NCBI GenBank assembly: GCA_963778815.1
Contig: CAVZVS010000004.1
Coordinates: 771,987 to 835,986, forward strand
Reading direction: 5' to 3'
From: an uncultured Chloroflexia bacterium
GTDB taxonomy: Bacteria; Chloroflexota; Limnocylindria; Limnocylindrales; CSP1-4
DNA length: 64,000 nucleotides
A program made the translations under genes and the position numbers. Below, piece after piece: positions 63,663 to 64,000 of this stretch; the stretch's first letter is position 1; the number at the start of each line of letters is the position of its first letter. The notes beneath the pieces were generated by a model that was not told the origin of the DNA, searched no databases, and was given only the letters and a program-made list of their open reading frames with translations.

Positions 63663-64000
63663 TCAGTACTTCTCGGGCACGAAGCTCTGGTCGGTCAGCG
63701 GCGGTCGGATGTAGCCCTCGTCGTCCTGTCGCTCGGGCAGGACGATCGGATCCGGGGTCAGATCCTGGTATGGGATCAGGCTCAACAGGTGATGGATGAC
63801 GTTCAGCCGGGCCCGCTTCTTGTTGTCGGCGTTGACCACGTACCAGGGCGCCTGCTTGATATCGGTGTAGGCGAACATCTGGTCCTTGGCCTTCGAGTAC
63901 TCGACCCAGCGGCGGCGTGACTCGAGGTCCATCGGGCTGAGCTTCCAGCGCTTGGTCGGATCCTCGAGGCGACTCTGGAAGCGCCGCTCCTGCTCGGCGT
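63663..64000 (-). CDS. polyphosphate kinase 2 family protein (C-terminal part, gene continues off the right edge)
   Basis: ...RWKLSPMDLESRRRWVEYSKAKDQMFAYTDIKQAPWYVVNADNKKRARLNVIHHLLSLIPY is a typical PPK2 C-terminus. Confidence 0.85.
   Translation of the reverse strand, partial: AEQERRFQSRLEDPTKRWKLSPMDLESRRRWVEYSKAKDQMFAYTDIKQAPWYVVNADNKKRARLNVIHHLLSLIPYQDLTPDPIVLPERQDDEGYIRPPLTDQSFVPEKY

Overview
No recognisable defence system, CRISPR array, transposase, integrase, prophage or rRNA is present. All family calls are by-eye motif recognition only, with no database search run. The window is a visibly high-GC (about two-thirds or more G+C by eye), gene-dense chromosomal segment. I call about 70 protein genes and one tRNA-Glu. 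Content is mostly housekeeping:
- Replication and repair: dnaB, lexA, rplI, dinB.
- A C1-folate operon: cyclodeaminase, folD, fhs.
- A dispersed histidine-utilisation set: hutH, hutU, glutamate formimidoyltransferase, hutI.
- argS, and an FAH-tdh-kbl-PHP operon.
- galU, a PASTA Ser/Thr kinase, and folC-folP-folB.
- A cell-wall amidase and an RR-HK-HtrA trio.
- rplY, a LigC-like ligase plus an AEP primase-polymerase, and a YciI plus long-ECF-sigma pair.

CGAAC-N4-GTTCG LexA boxes, the MprAB/PepD-like trio, the LigC/Prim-Pol pair and many leaderless starts suggest an Actinomycetota-like organism. This cannot be proven from the window alone.

The most unusual locus is a lower-GC module of about 0.9-1.1 kb at 9340-10471, between dinB and the folate operon. 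It holds a minimal XRE repressor gene bracketed by four copies of a TGATGC-N8-GCATCA element. It also holds a (GGTGAAGC)5-6 microsatellite and a divergent orphan 89-aa ORF behind a promoter with one consensus LexA box and a second weaker one. I hypothesise this is an SOS-to-antirepressor-to-XRE relay.

Other observations:
- Frame disruptions at homopolymer runs in two hut-pathway genes.
- A pervasive TAnnnT-N6/7-start leaderless architecture.
- A phased DnaA-box cluster upstream of dnaB.
- Two genes whose conserved N-termini lie upstream of any canonical start codon.
- An unexplained purine-skewed intergenic region with a 13-bp perfect hairpin.
- A protein built from four tandem YbaY-like domains.
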